The notes under the pieces are model-generated. The model was not told where the DNA came from. It saw nothing but the letters and a program-made list of their open reading frames with translations, and ran no database searches. DNA of 64,000 nucleotides from Eledone cirrhosa (lineage: Eukaryota), in the NCBI GenBank assembly GCA_964016885.1, contig OZ024749.1, positions 53,940,001-54,004,000 of the forward strand, read 5' to 3'. A program made the translations under genes and the position numbers. Of this stretch, positions 1-13,200 are shown in pieces (within the stretch, counting starts at the first letter, position 1; every line of letters starts with the position of its first letter).

Positions 1-714
1 TTTTTCTCTCACCTTTTAAATGAAATCCAAGCCTGCAATGCCTTGTTATTTAGCATCACATCATAGGTGATGGTAGAGTTGTTAGTAAGAGAGAATTGTT
101 ATATTCAAACAGGTTGAACTTATTAGTTCTTCAGCTATTGCTTGCAAGGGAAGTTAAATATTCACATTGGTTCCTTGTTGTTGTTATTATCATTATTATT
201 ATTAATATTAACAATTGATTGTTAATTTAAAAAAAATAACAAATTATCATAATTAATATTAAAAAATGATTAATTTTTTAAAGATTATTATTAATATTTT
301 AAAGATAATATTAATATTAATAATAATGATAAACAAATGATTAATTAAAAATAAAGATTATCATTATTATTAATATTATTAACAAATGGTTATTAATTAA
401 AAAAAAAAAAAAATTATTATTATGGACTAATATTAATTGCCCATGAAAATTTGGTCCTGCATTCCAAAGTTTACATTTAAATGCTAATAATTTTTTTTTT
501 TCTAGATGTTGCAAATAATCATTTTGTTGGACCGCATGTAAAATTATTATTATTATTATTGTACCCAAGACGTTCAGTTCCGAATAAAGAACATTACAAA
601 CTAAGAAAGGTATTTGTTTCTGTTTCCCAGCTTAATTAGCAAGAGTTCATATAATTGTAAAGCATGCGTTTTATTTATTTTTCAGTAACATTGTAGTAAA
701 TTTACAAAGTTGCA

Positions 715-1060
715 TGGTTTCTCTGGTGTAGGCTGGAGAGAAATGCTTCGTTGGATGTGCAATGTAAATGTGAGAGAAAGGCTTGGATGAACTGAGGGAG
801 AAACTGGGTTTAAGAGGAATCCAAAGTGTTGTGCAAGAGAGGAGACTGTGTTGGTATGGACATGTGATGCATATGGTTGGTGATCGTTGGGTGAAGAAGT
901 ACCAGGAAATCCTAGTGAAAGGAAGCTGCAGCAGAGGTGGTGAGAGCTGATCTCAAATTGCTGAGACTCGCAGAGGAGATGAAAAAGGAATGCAACAAGT
1001 GGAGAGATACTGAAAAGGACCCATCCAACCCAAGCTAATGTGGAAAAAATGATGATGAAT
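715..1060 (+). mobile_element. Degenerate 3' end of an RTE-clade LINE
   Basis: RRL.WYGHVMHM...WVKK-like decayed coding sequence, ending CCATCCAACCC..GCTA..TGGAAA..(GAT)n; related piece at about 15010-15205. Confidence 0.7.
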
Positions 1061-4000
1061 ATATTCTGACTGAGGTATCTTTTAACATCAGTGTTGTTTA
1101 AACTGATGATGAATATATTCTGACTGAGATATCCGTTTTAGCATTAGTGTTGTTTAGTCAAAGACAATCAATTTAAGAATAGACTTAATGGTTAAAGAAA
1201 ACAGATGCCATACAGGTGTAATGGATTAGAAAACATGTCGTTTAAGTGTAATAGAGTAGAAACATAATATATGTAGTACAGGTGTAATAGTATAAAGCAT
1301 GTAGAAGATATGCCATATAGGTGTAATAGAGTAGAAAACATGTAATACAGGTGTAATATATGTAATACAGGTGTAAAAGTGTAGAAACCATAGAAAATAA
1401 TTACCACTTAAATGGTGCTGTGTAAGAAAAGTTATTCAAGAAGATGCAATGTCAACTATCTCACAAACTTGAGTTGAAATATGTGCTTTTACATAATTGC
1501 CTGATCTGTTAGGAGAAAGCAGTAAAATATTCCTTAAATGACATACACCCTACATCACCATCATCATCTAACGTCCATCTTCCCTGCTAGCATGGGTTGG
1601 ACAGATCTTCATAGAATGTGTTTGTCCTCGAGCGAGACTTGTATAAGTTTCCACAGTCTACTGAGTGCATTTTTATCATGACACAGCAACACTAGGGCGG
1701 TTATCATGTCTTTGACACAGCTGAAGAGTCTTGCCAAACATGGGGAAAATGTATGTTAAATAACGGTGATATATATGTATATGGCACCTTGTCAACACTG
1801 TAAAGTGGTTGTCTTGGTGCCATAACAAAAAGTGGTCAGTTCACTGTGTAAGGTGTCATTTCAGTGCCATGATAAAAAAATGCCCCAGCCCACACTAATG
1901 TGGCTGGTGCTAGGAAGGTCAACGTCACCAGCCATAGAAACCCTGCCAAAATACAGATCTGTATGAGCATGATGAAATCTCCTGACCTGACTTGACTTAT
2001 AACGAGACAACCTGTCTAACCCAGGCATGTGTGTAAAAATAGACATTTAAACAATGATGAAGGTGATGATATAAATAAAGTTCAGGAAAATGCAAACTGA
2101 AATTCTGTTTCATTTATTAAATAAAGAAAGAATTATATTTACAGTCAGAAGGGCCCCCTCCAAACCAAACACACCCCAACCCCTACTCCACTCCATCCTC
2201 CACTCCCACCAACACCACCCTTTCTCTATAAAGTTATGTTGGTACCACAATATCCAGTTCAAACTAATGAGATCATGTAGGTGTCACAACAAAAAACAAA
2301 CAGTCCATGCTGTAATGTGGTTGTGTAGGTAACACTGTAAAAAGTTCCCAGTCCACACTGTAAATGTGGTTGGTGTTAGGAAGGGCATCCAGCCATAGAA
2401 AACCTGCCAGATAGTCCTATACAAGCGAGACACGGTCATCTGACCAATCTTGCCTCAAGTGGGACAACTCTCCCATCTAACCCATGCTAACATGGAAGAT
2501 AGACTTAAACGATGATGAAATAAGGTATACTTTTTATCCAACTAAAGTTTTTTATTCACCCCAAGCAAGGCAATAAAGGGTTAGACCTAGCTGCAAATCA
2601 GTTACTCTGTTTAAACTCAGGAAGAGGCAACAAAGAGGAAAGTTCATTAAAACAATTTTCATGAATGTCCACCCCAAATAAGCTTACATCATATAAGTAC
2701 ATGGTGTTTCCAGGGCGCTTTTTAAAACCTGGTGGAGCCCATCTCCTTGCCAAGTCAGAAAACAGCAGATTTTTTCAGAGAATGGAAGTGAGAAAGAGAT
2801 ATAGAGGAAGAATCGACCCCAGTACTAGACTGGTACTTTTCTTTTTATCGACCTTGAAAGGATCAAAGGTAAAGTTGAACTGAGAGAGAACCGGAATGAA
2901 TACCACAAACTATTCTATCCTTGACATGACTGGAGGCTCATCCTGACCCCTTTTGTATTTCTATCAGTCTTTCTATTGTTGATACTATCTATCAGTCACA
3001 ACTCCTAGCAGAAAGAGCAACATGAAATAAAGTCTTGATCAAGGACATAACGCATCACCCAGTCTGGGAATCAAACTCACAACCTCACAATTGCAAATTC
3101 AATTCCCTCACCATTAAGCCACGTGTCTTGTGAAGGTGCATGGGGTAATTTATTACTAATCAAGAAAAATGACAGATTTCAGGAAAGAGGTAGAAGTTGC
3201 TTCATTAAACCTCATTATCTGACTGGTACTTATTTCTAAAGAGCAGCAATGACAGATTTCAGAGGAAGTATGTTGTAGTTGATTTAATAAATACCAATAA
3301 CTAGACTGGTACTTAATTCTATACAGGAGCAATGGCAGAGATTTTGGAGGAAGTATATAGTAGCTGATTTAATAAACATCATAATTAGACTGGTACTTAT
3401 TTTATCAACCTCTGCCCCAGGATAATGAAAGGTAAAAGTTTTCTTCTTAGAAATAGAATTTGAACCTACAATGTAGATTTAAATAACTAAATACTGCAAA
3501 GTATCAATCCTGTCACTACCATTTCTGCTACAAACAAATACGGGAACCTCTACATGGTTGCTTATGCTCCTAAAAATAGCAGCCGAATTTCTCTCAAATC
3601 ATACCTTGTCTTAAAAGAAAGCCAGTAAAACAAAGAGGTCCCATCATTTGAGACAATAACTGACAACCTTTCTAGTAGTAGTACCCCGTAAACGCCTCCA
3701 GTATACTCTGTAAGGTGGTTGTTGCAGACCCCCCTCCCAATCTATAGGTACCATGCCAAAAAATGGTTGTGAGGATCTTTCAGTTGTGTCAACAGCACCA
3801 CATCTCTAGTGTCGGTGGTCTACACTGTAAACATATTCAGTACACTCTGTAAAACGGTTGGTGATGGGAAGGCCATGCAACTGTAGAGTCAGGAGGATCC
3901 TTCGGCTGTGTCATTGACATAAACACCCTCTCTCAGGGCTGGTGCCACGATAAAATTCACTCGGTAGAGCATGGGACCATGTGTAAGTGAAATGCAGGGC

Positions 4001-5803
4001 GTCAGCCCACCCTAGAGGTCAGTAGCTTAGCTTCAGTACTGATTCGGTGAAGACTCATATAAACCGTGCTAGAAGGGAAAACGGACGTTAAATGACGACG
4101 ACGATTATATATTTATATATGGATTAATTTCTCAGTAGCGTCTGATAATTCTATTTAAAGGTCGTTTTTTTACCTTAGAGGTTATTCCAAGACTCCTGAG
4201 AGGTGAGCTAACTCTAGTTCCGAAAAATTCTCCCGACAATTATCTAAACAAGAATACACGGTGCCTCCGATCGGTTTTTTCTTGCGCATCAGCTTCGGAA
4301 ACTTTTATTAAATTACATTACAAAGAAATATCATTAACATTTCATAAATCGTATAAAATTAAATACAATAAAATAAAATAAAATGTAAAGCTGGGAATTA
4401 TTTTGACAATTCAAACTAACAATCACGAGTTAGTTTAAATTTTATATATATGACTAAGTATATATTATATATATAGATTTGTATTTTAAGACTTATGTAA
4501 GATGTCGTCGTAATTATTATCTAGCGTGAGTTATATATCTAGATTTTTGTGCGGAAGTTTACTCCTACTAAGGGCAGATAATTCCCTGAACCAGCTGATG
4601 TGAGAGAAGTCGGTTTAGTTAGCTGCTTTACGCTTGTAACTAACTCAAGCTTTAGCACGCTTTCTAAATAATTAGATGTATATTTCGGGGTGAAAAAAAA
4701 TCCCCAAAACAACCACAACGAAAAACTAAAAAGGAGAAGGGAAATTCATATTGGTTTCTGTTATCGTTTTTATTGTTATCATCTCAGCAAATATTTTCCT
4801 CTTTAACGAAGATCACACCCTATTTTTCAATTGTTCTTCTTCACACCAGAAAGTATTGAATATAAATAATATATCGTCATAGTGAACATCTTGAAACATT
4901 GTCATTTGATGTTTGGACATTTTATTAATTATTATTTGTGTTTTGAAGACATAATGGAGAGCTTTGGAGATTTTGGTAAAGAGAATCTCTCTATTTAAAA
5001 GGTACAGGTTTTGCAGTCGTGTCCCAATGAAAGCAATGCCAACTGTGATGTAATTTGTCAACCTTCTACCCACCCTCCCCTTAAAAAAAAACGAAATTTA
5101 AAAACAAGAAAGAAAATAAAAGGAAAAAGAAAAAAATACCTTTCATTGTACACACTTCTTCAGCAACAACAAAATAAGAAAGATTATTTTGATAAGATAA
5201 TTGTTAAGTTGAAAACCTAAAGAAAAATTCCCCTTTATAATCTCTATATACCCGGAGCGGAAAATAGACGGGAAAAGGGTCAAAACATCAAAGAAATTCC
5301 TTTCTCTTTACTGTGTTGAATATTTTAATATCCTTGTCAACTGAAGAAGTAAAATCTTTATTTTAGAAGATTTCTATCATAACAGTTTACACTCATACAG
5401 ACGTGTTAACTCTGAAACAAACCAACAAAATATTCAGGTGGGATATTTAATTAAAAATACTCACACCGACCTACAAAGAAACAACAAACAAGAAAGGAAA
5501 ACATTCTTGCACCATATGTACTTTCATTAGACAAATTAAATTAAATTGAACCATTCATTGATTCGTAGTAAACAGCTGAAAGAAATTAAGAAGGATTTTA
5601 TTATCTTCTTCAACGAATAATCAGTGATTTGTCAACAACTGGGATTTCTGAATTATTATTTTTATTATTATTATTGGCTGAGAGAATTATCATCGTGTTG
5701 TGAGAAATCGTTTTTCTATATCATCTAGAGATTTTAAATACTTTTTTGTTTTACGTCTCCGTATCTGGTCCAGTGTTTCCCTTTATTTCAAATATATTCC
5801 ATC

Positions 5804-5875
5804 ATGCAGAGTATGATAAATGCCGTGAAGGGGACAGCCCTCGGTGTCGCTGGATACCTAACACCTGTTCTCAAG
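5804..5875 (+). CDS. ATG3: ATG3 coding exon 1 ([24 protein letters not shown])
   Basis: ATG at 5804; donor AAG|GTAAAT; N-terminal amphipathic helix region of ATG3. Confidence 0.97.
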
Positions 5876-5945
5876 GTAAATCTCTCTAGAATCGTTATAC
5901 ATACATATCTACCTACATACACATGTATATATATTATATATACAT

Positions 5946-6000
<55 letters not shown>

Positions 6001-6139
6001 CACATAAAACATGTGTACATATATATATATATATATGTAAATGTATATATACACATATATATATAGATATGTATCTATATATGTATATTAATATGTATGT
6101 ATATAGATTTATATGTATATATGTATACAGATATGTTTG

Positions 6140-6186
<47 letters not shown>

Positions 6187-6841
6187 TCTGTGTCTATGAA
6201 TTTCTTCATTATTAATTGATATTATTTATATTTATTATAAACTAATTATTCCTTATCCCACAAAATATTTCGTGTTACCGTAGAAAATATTTTATTGGTT
6301 ATTTCTGTAGAATTGAAGAATCGCTAATTATTTCCAGTCAACGTGGCAAGAACACATACAGAGAGAGAGAAATAAATCCATTTCGAAGAGATGGTTGATT
6401 ATTTTTCTCTTTAAGAGATTATTTTGGCAATAATTAGTCATCTCTCACCTTTCTCACTTCATCTCCATCCAGGGTCAATTCTGGCCACTATAAATATATC
6501 TGAACTTATTCTGTACACCAATTTATTCTTCTAATCAGAACCTGCTAGGGGTTTATTCTGATATTACTTGGGATATTATTCCTTCACCCAAATCCAAGAA
6601 AGTCAAAGGGGAGAATATCACAGGAAAAAAGTTACGCTACATACACACCCCCGTGTTTATACATAACATTATATATATATGTGTGTGTGTTTATACATTA
6701 TATATATATATATATATATAAAATAAACAGGGGCTGTGTAGTTGATGGATAAGGTGTACTTATAAATAAGAGGAAAGCAAGAACGAGAGAAAATGTTCCT
6801 TCATCAGTTGTCTGCTGGGGGTCATGGATATTTCAACGCAT

Positions 6842-6910
<69 letters not shown>

Positions 6911-7201
6911 ATATATATATGTGTGTGTGTGTGTGTGTTTATAATCAACCTCGGTCCTGAGTCTCTACTATATTTACACTCTGCTATCCCAAGTATCGAG
7001 TACTCTGCTGAATAATGGTCTTTCTTGTTTAAATCTGGTAAAATCGTGCTCTACGTAGCTCCTGCTACATACAATAGTTGAGCACTCTCTAATCTATTTC
7101 GCATCACTCGGCCAGTTTATATATATACAGGGTGTCCCAAAAAATGTACACACACTTCAACAGCATTCTAATAAATATATGTATACATTTTGGGGACACC
7201 T

Positions 7202-7244
<43 letters not shown>

Positions 7245-10200
7245 ATGAATTACTTATAGATTCGTAAGATATTGTGTATGATCTGAGTCCCTCGTATAAA
7301 TAAATAGTAATCTTTGTGATATTTTGACAACGTGATCTTTGGAAATGTCTAAAGTTTGGTTGACGTCAGACTTCCTTCAGAGTCCCGTGACCACACTATC
7401 CTTCTCTGTGTCTGTCTGTCTCTCTTTACCCTGCTTTCTTTCTTCCGTCCATGCTTGTTGCTTGTCGTCATTTTGATGAGTAACGTCCTGTCGTTTCCAA
7501 CATGGACTAGCTCCAACTCTACAATGGAAGGATGTCCTGTCTTTTCCAACATGGACTAGCTCCAACTCTACAATGGAAGGATGTCCTGTTTTTCCCAACA
7601 TGGACTAGCTCCAACTCTACAATGGAAGGATGTCCTGTTTTTCCCAACATGGACTAGCTCCAACTCTACAATGGAAGGATGTCCTGTCTTTTCCAACATG
7701 GACTAGCTCCAACTCTACAATGGAAGGATGTCCTGTTTTTCCCAACATGGACTACCTCCACCTCTACAATGGAAGGATGTCCTGTTTTTCCCAACATGGA
7801 CTAGCTCCAACTATACAATGGAAGGATGTCCTGTTTTTTCCCAACATGGACTAGCTCCAACTATACGATGGAAGGACGTCCTGTCTTTTCTACCATGGAC
7901 TAGCTCCGTCTTTTCCAACATGGACTAGCTCCAACTATACAATGGAAGGATGTCCTGTCTTTTCCACCATGGACTAGCTCCGTCTTTTCCAACATGGACT
8001 AGCTCCAACTATACAATGGAAGGATGTCCTGTCTTTTCCAACATGGACTAGCTCCAACTCTACAATGGAAGGAGCTGGCCTTGTCAGTTTCTGTGGTACA
8101 GAGCAGGATAAATTATAGCAGAGAATTTGGGACAAATTACGTTTGAGAGAGATTTTCAATTCTAACTCTTGCTTTGATTAATCTGATCAATACTCAAGGT
8201 ACTACATACTTTCTGCGAAAATCTCGGGGGCAGGGTGGTAGGGACAGATACTAGGTTGATGTTTTTCCTCGTGGCCAACATGAGAAGCCCACATAGTCTG
8301 AATGAATTCCAGATCTCCATTACACTCAGAGATGGAACTGATATCTGTGGTGGGGTTTTAAATGTCCATGACAGGCTCCTTGATTCCATGGGTCTTCATG
8401 GATTGTCTTGCTGTGTGCATGCAGGTCACTTTGCTTGTCATACTGAGCTGAACTTAATAATTAAGCTGCCTTTGACCCTGGCTCAGTGTTTTTCAATATC
8501 CCTTTCTTGCTTCTCTGGATGAAACTGGGTACCTTCAGACCTGGAGAGCGGGGTGGGCTGTGTCAGGTTTAATATGTCCAAGACATGCTGTATGTTTTAG
8601 TGTCCCTATGACACCACCATGAGGAGTTACAGGTCTATACATATGATACATAAAATACAAATCTATCTCCTTCATGCCACAACTAGTCTCCCAAGCCCAA
8701 TATTCTGTGAGAATGCGTGTGATTCATAGGTAGATTGATAGAAAGAAAGATAGATATATAGATAAAGAGAGAGGGAACAATGGTTAGTCATACAATATTT
8801 CTATGATTTTTTACTTATGAAAAATTCTTCTACTTTGTTTTTTGTTTGTTTTTGGCAGGAATCCAAATTCAAAGAAACTGGTGTGGTAACTCCCGAAGAG
8901 GTTAGTATTAACAGACATTTGTCTCTTTTATAAGTCTTTCTTTAACCCTTTAGCATTTAAACCGGCCGTATCTGGCCAGAATTCTCTCACCTCTTTCTGT
9001 TCAAACCACCTGTAACTGGCCACTCATACTGATGTTAAGGTATTGTTCTCAAAATAATATAAAAATCTCATAAATTCGATATTATGTAAGATAATTATGT
9101 GAGGTAAAGCCTTTACCTCGAAAATACAAATGTTAATATAGAATAATGTAAATGCTAAAGGGTTAAAGTATTTTTTTTTTTATTGTCCAATCAAATAAAG
9201 AAGACTCACTTCCATTCTCTCGTTTGCTACCCTCATCTGAAAGAAATCTGCTGTATTCAGACTGGGAAAGGAAATGGACTCCACCAGGTTAAAAGCAATG
9301 CTCTAGAAACACTATATGTCAATACAGTACCATCTACATGCATGTCTGGTCCTATATCCATTGCTGAAGCCCTCTGAAAAAAAAGCCACACTGTTTTATA
9401 TATTTTCTACAATGCTTCAAGCAAACTACAGCACCCTCTTATTTAAAAGATACAGAGAATAGTCTAGATTTTTCATGCTAAATATACCTCATTAGTTACA
9501 CCCTTGGTGACCCTTTTTGTTCACCACTGCCTTATATTTACCACCATGCTAACCTACAGTTTATTTTTAGTTTGTTGCAGCTGGTGACCATTTGGTTCAT
9601 CACTGTCCTACATGGCAGTGGTCATCTGGAGATGAGTCTAAACATAAACCTTATCTGCCAAAAGACAAGCAGTTCCTTATCACAAGAAATGGTAAGTTTG
9701 GTTATTATTATATTTTAACTCTTTTGATACCAACCTGTCTGAAACTCCCTTGGTTCTGTGAAACAAAGCTATTTGTTTTAAAGTGTTTATATTTATCTAA
9801 AACCTTCCATCATTATTTTATGTAAGAACCTTTAAGTTATGTTCTAAACACCCTTGGTTTTATGATACAAAGCTATTTGTTTTAAAGTGTTTATATTTAT
9901 CTAAAACCTTCCATCATTATTTTATAATAATAATAATAATGAAATTATTGTGTACAGTGCTCAGGTGCACTACAACTCATCAAAGGTACATGTATAGTAC
10001 ATAGAATAATATACAAATGTCAGGGAAGTGAATAGTGTATGAGTCATGATATACATGTGTGCGTGTGTATGGAGGGGGAATATTAGGTGTAGTGTTGGCG
10101 AATCTCGGGAAGCATGGAGGTTTTAAAGGATGAAATGTCTCGACAGCTAACAACTGATGCAAGTAGTTTGTTCCATGGAGGTTTTAAAGGATGCAGTGTC

Positions 10201-13200
10201 TCGACAGCTAACAACTGATGCAAGTAGTTTGTTCCATGGAGGTTTTAAAGGATGCAGTGTCTCGACAGCTAACAACTGATGCAAGTAGTTTGTTCCATGG
10301 AGGTTTTAAAGGATGCAGTGTCTCGACAGCTAACAACTGATGCAGGAAGTTTGTTCCATGGAGGTTTTAAAGGATGCAGTGTCTCGACAGCTAACAACTG
10401 ATGCAGGAAGTTTGTTTCATGGAGGTTTTAAAGGAAGCAGTGTCTCGACAGCTAACAACTGATGCAGGAAGTTTGTTTCATGGAGGTTTTAAAGGATGCA
10501 GTGTCTCGACAGCTAACAACTGATGCAGGAAGTTTGTTCCATGGAGGTTTTAAAGGATGCAGTGTCTCGACAGCTAACAACTGATGCAGGGAGTTTGTTC
10601 CATGGAGGTTTTAAAGGATGCAGTGTCTCGACAGCTAACAACTGATGCAGGGAGTTTGTTCCATGCAACACTGAGCGTGAAAAAAAAATAAAAATTTAAG
10701 AACCTTTAAGTTATGTTTCAAACCACCAAAAACAGCCCCTGGTTCTATGATACAGAACTTTGTTTTAAAGTGTTTATAATGTTTATAATGATGTTTAGCT
10801 CCTTCCATATTAAAATGTTTTTAATAATATTTTAGGCCCTTCCATAAATATAATGTTTATAATAATATTTTTATTTGTATAATGTGTACACATATGTAGT
10901 TCCTTGCTACAAACGTGTTAAACAGGTTGATAATCACTCAGAGGAGATAGAGAAGATTCTTGATGAAGATGATGATGATGGTGGATGGGTGGATACCCAT
11001 CATTATGCAGGTAAATATTCAACATTTTTCTTTTTCAAATAATATATTTTACCACCTTCGAGTTATCAGTATTACATATTTACCTGTAAATATATATATG
11101 GCTGTGTAGGTTAGCTAGGTTTGGTATTTTATGGTGGTGTAGGTTTGCTATAAAGTCTGTCTTGAGCCCAACAATTTTGGAGGAGGGGGAAGTCGATTAA
11201 ATCAACCCCAGTACATTACTGGTACTTTATTTTATTGACCCCATAAGGACGAAAGGCAAAGCTAACCTCGGCGGGATTTAACTATATGCTGTAAAGCATA
11301 TTATCTGACGCTCTACCGAATACTGGCAATCCAGAGCTACTGTAATAGTGAGAAGAATGTTGGGGGAAGCTTTGCAGCCGTTGACTGTCAACAACTTGCA
11401 ATTAGTTTTAATAAGAAGTATGACCATATGTAAGCAGGATGCCGACCCACTCACCCTCTCTAGGGGGTCAGTAGCTCTGCTTCACTACTGACTTGGTCTA
11501 TCCATCCAACCCCTGCTAGCATGGAAAGCAGATGTTAAATGATGAGGTTAGCTGATGGAATTAATTTAACTCTGGCACTTAATACCAACTCATCTCAATT
11601 TCTCCTTCTTTGCAGACTCAACAGTGACTTCAGCAGCAGAAGCAATAGCTGATATGAGGTTAGAATCACAGGTAAGATGTTGTCTGTTCTTTAGAATTTA
11701 TCTCTAGGTTAGGTTGTTCCTTACTCTGGAGTTTCACCAGCGCACACACACACACAGGATCATCAGACCATCAACTACATACGGATATATGTATATATAT
11801 ATATATATATATACGGGTATCTATCATCATCATCATTTAATGTCTATTTTTCCATTCCTATATATGTATATATATCTTCATTCTCTTGTTAGCCTTGAAC
11901 AACTGATAAGAGAAGTAGATCAAAGTGTTAGTCAACAAAGTTTGTTTGAAATACATGTTTAGGTTACTAGGGTTTTTAAAAAAAATTGTTTTAACACTTG
12001 AAATAAGTAAAATATTAAAAAAAGATGGAGATAAGATGGGACATCATCATCACTATCGGTTACAGCCGGTTTGAACAGAAAGAGGTGAGAGAATTCTGGC
12101 TGGATATAGCCAGTTTAAATGTTAAAGTGTTAGTATATCATTCACATAATACCATTGGGTTTAGATAAGATATTGAAGTCTGTATTAGTCAGCAAATCTT
12201 GGGCAGAACATTCTCACTGCAACTGAAATAGATCTTATCAAACTTTAATTCTTTTGATACCAAAACACCTGAAACTGCCATTTGTTCATCATCATCATTT
12301 AACCCTTTAGCATTTAAACCGGCTGTATCCTGCCAGAATTCTCTCACTTTTTTCGGTTCAAACTGGCCATAATTGTCTGCTCATACTGACGTGATATTAT
12401 GTGATGTTGGTGCTGGGAAGGGCATCCAGCTGTAGAAACCAAGCCACAATCAGTTCTGTATGAGCAAGACATGGTCACCTGACCAAGCATTACCCACAAC
12501 AGGACAATACGTCTAACCCATGCCAGTGTGGAAGAATGGACGTAAAACGATGATGAATTATGTAAGATAAAGCCTTTACCATGAAAATACAAAAGTAAAT
12601 ATAGAGTAATGTAAATGCTAAAGGGTTAATGTTCACTTTCACTGCTAGCATGGTTTGGACAGGTCTTCACAGACTGAGTCAGTTCTCAAGTGAGATTACT
12701 GACCTTCCAGACAGGCTGGGGATATGCATGATGATGTGTCATCATTTTACGTCATTGTTCCATGCTGGCATGGGTTTGATGGGTCCTTCTCAATACGGCA
12801 TATACTTACATATGGTCATGTACACTACTGAGTACATTTTGTCCTGGCACCAGCACTAGTGAGGTTGGCACGTCTTTGACACAACTGAAGGATCCTTACA
12901 ACCCTTTGATAGGCAAGCTTTCTATGGCTAGATGCTACCACCCGCTCCACCACTGCTACTAGTACTACTACCAACACCACCACCACCACTACCACTGCAA
13001 CTACTACTACCACCACCACTACTACTAGTACTACTATCTTTAAAGAGTCATCATGTTTCAATAAGATCAGTTGAGGTGAAAGTTCACTTCAGATAAATCT
13101 TGTCTAAATGTAATTTGTGATAAAATATAATTATATCATTAGATAGATGTAGACTTATAAGGTTTACTTGACTTGCTAGAAATAGCAGTGGTCCTTTGGC

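Noticed and set aside
1-180. Minus-strand donor AG|GTGAGA near position 12
   Set aside because: No matching acceptor within an open frame and no recognisable peptide.
4813-5073. 86-aa minus-strand ORF upstream of ATG3
   Set aside because: No recognisable domain and only a weak donor (GTGTGA); cannot be supported as coding.
6790-6845. CTGATGA on minus strand (also 53155 + and 53425 -) as hammerhead cores
   Set aside because: No downstream GAAA with pairable stems I-III.
7485-8072. CRISPR-like appearance of this and other tandem arrays (10113, 25631, 42040, 45085, 58940)
   Set aside because: Head-to-tail units without unique spacers, no cas genes, eukaryotic context.
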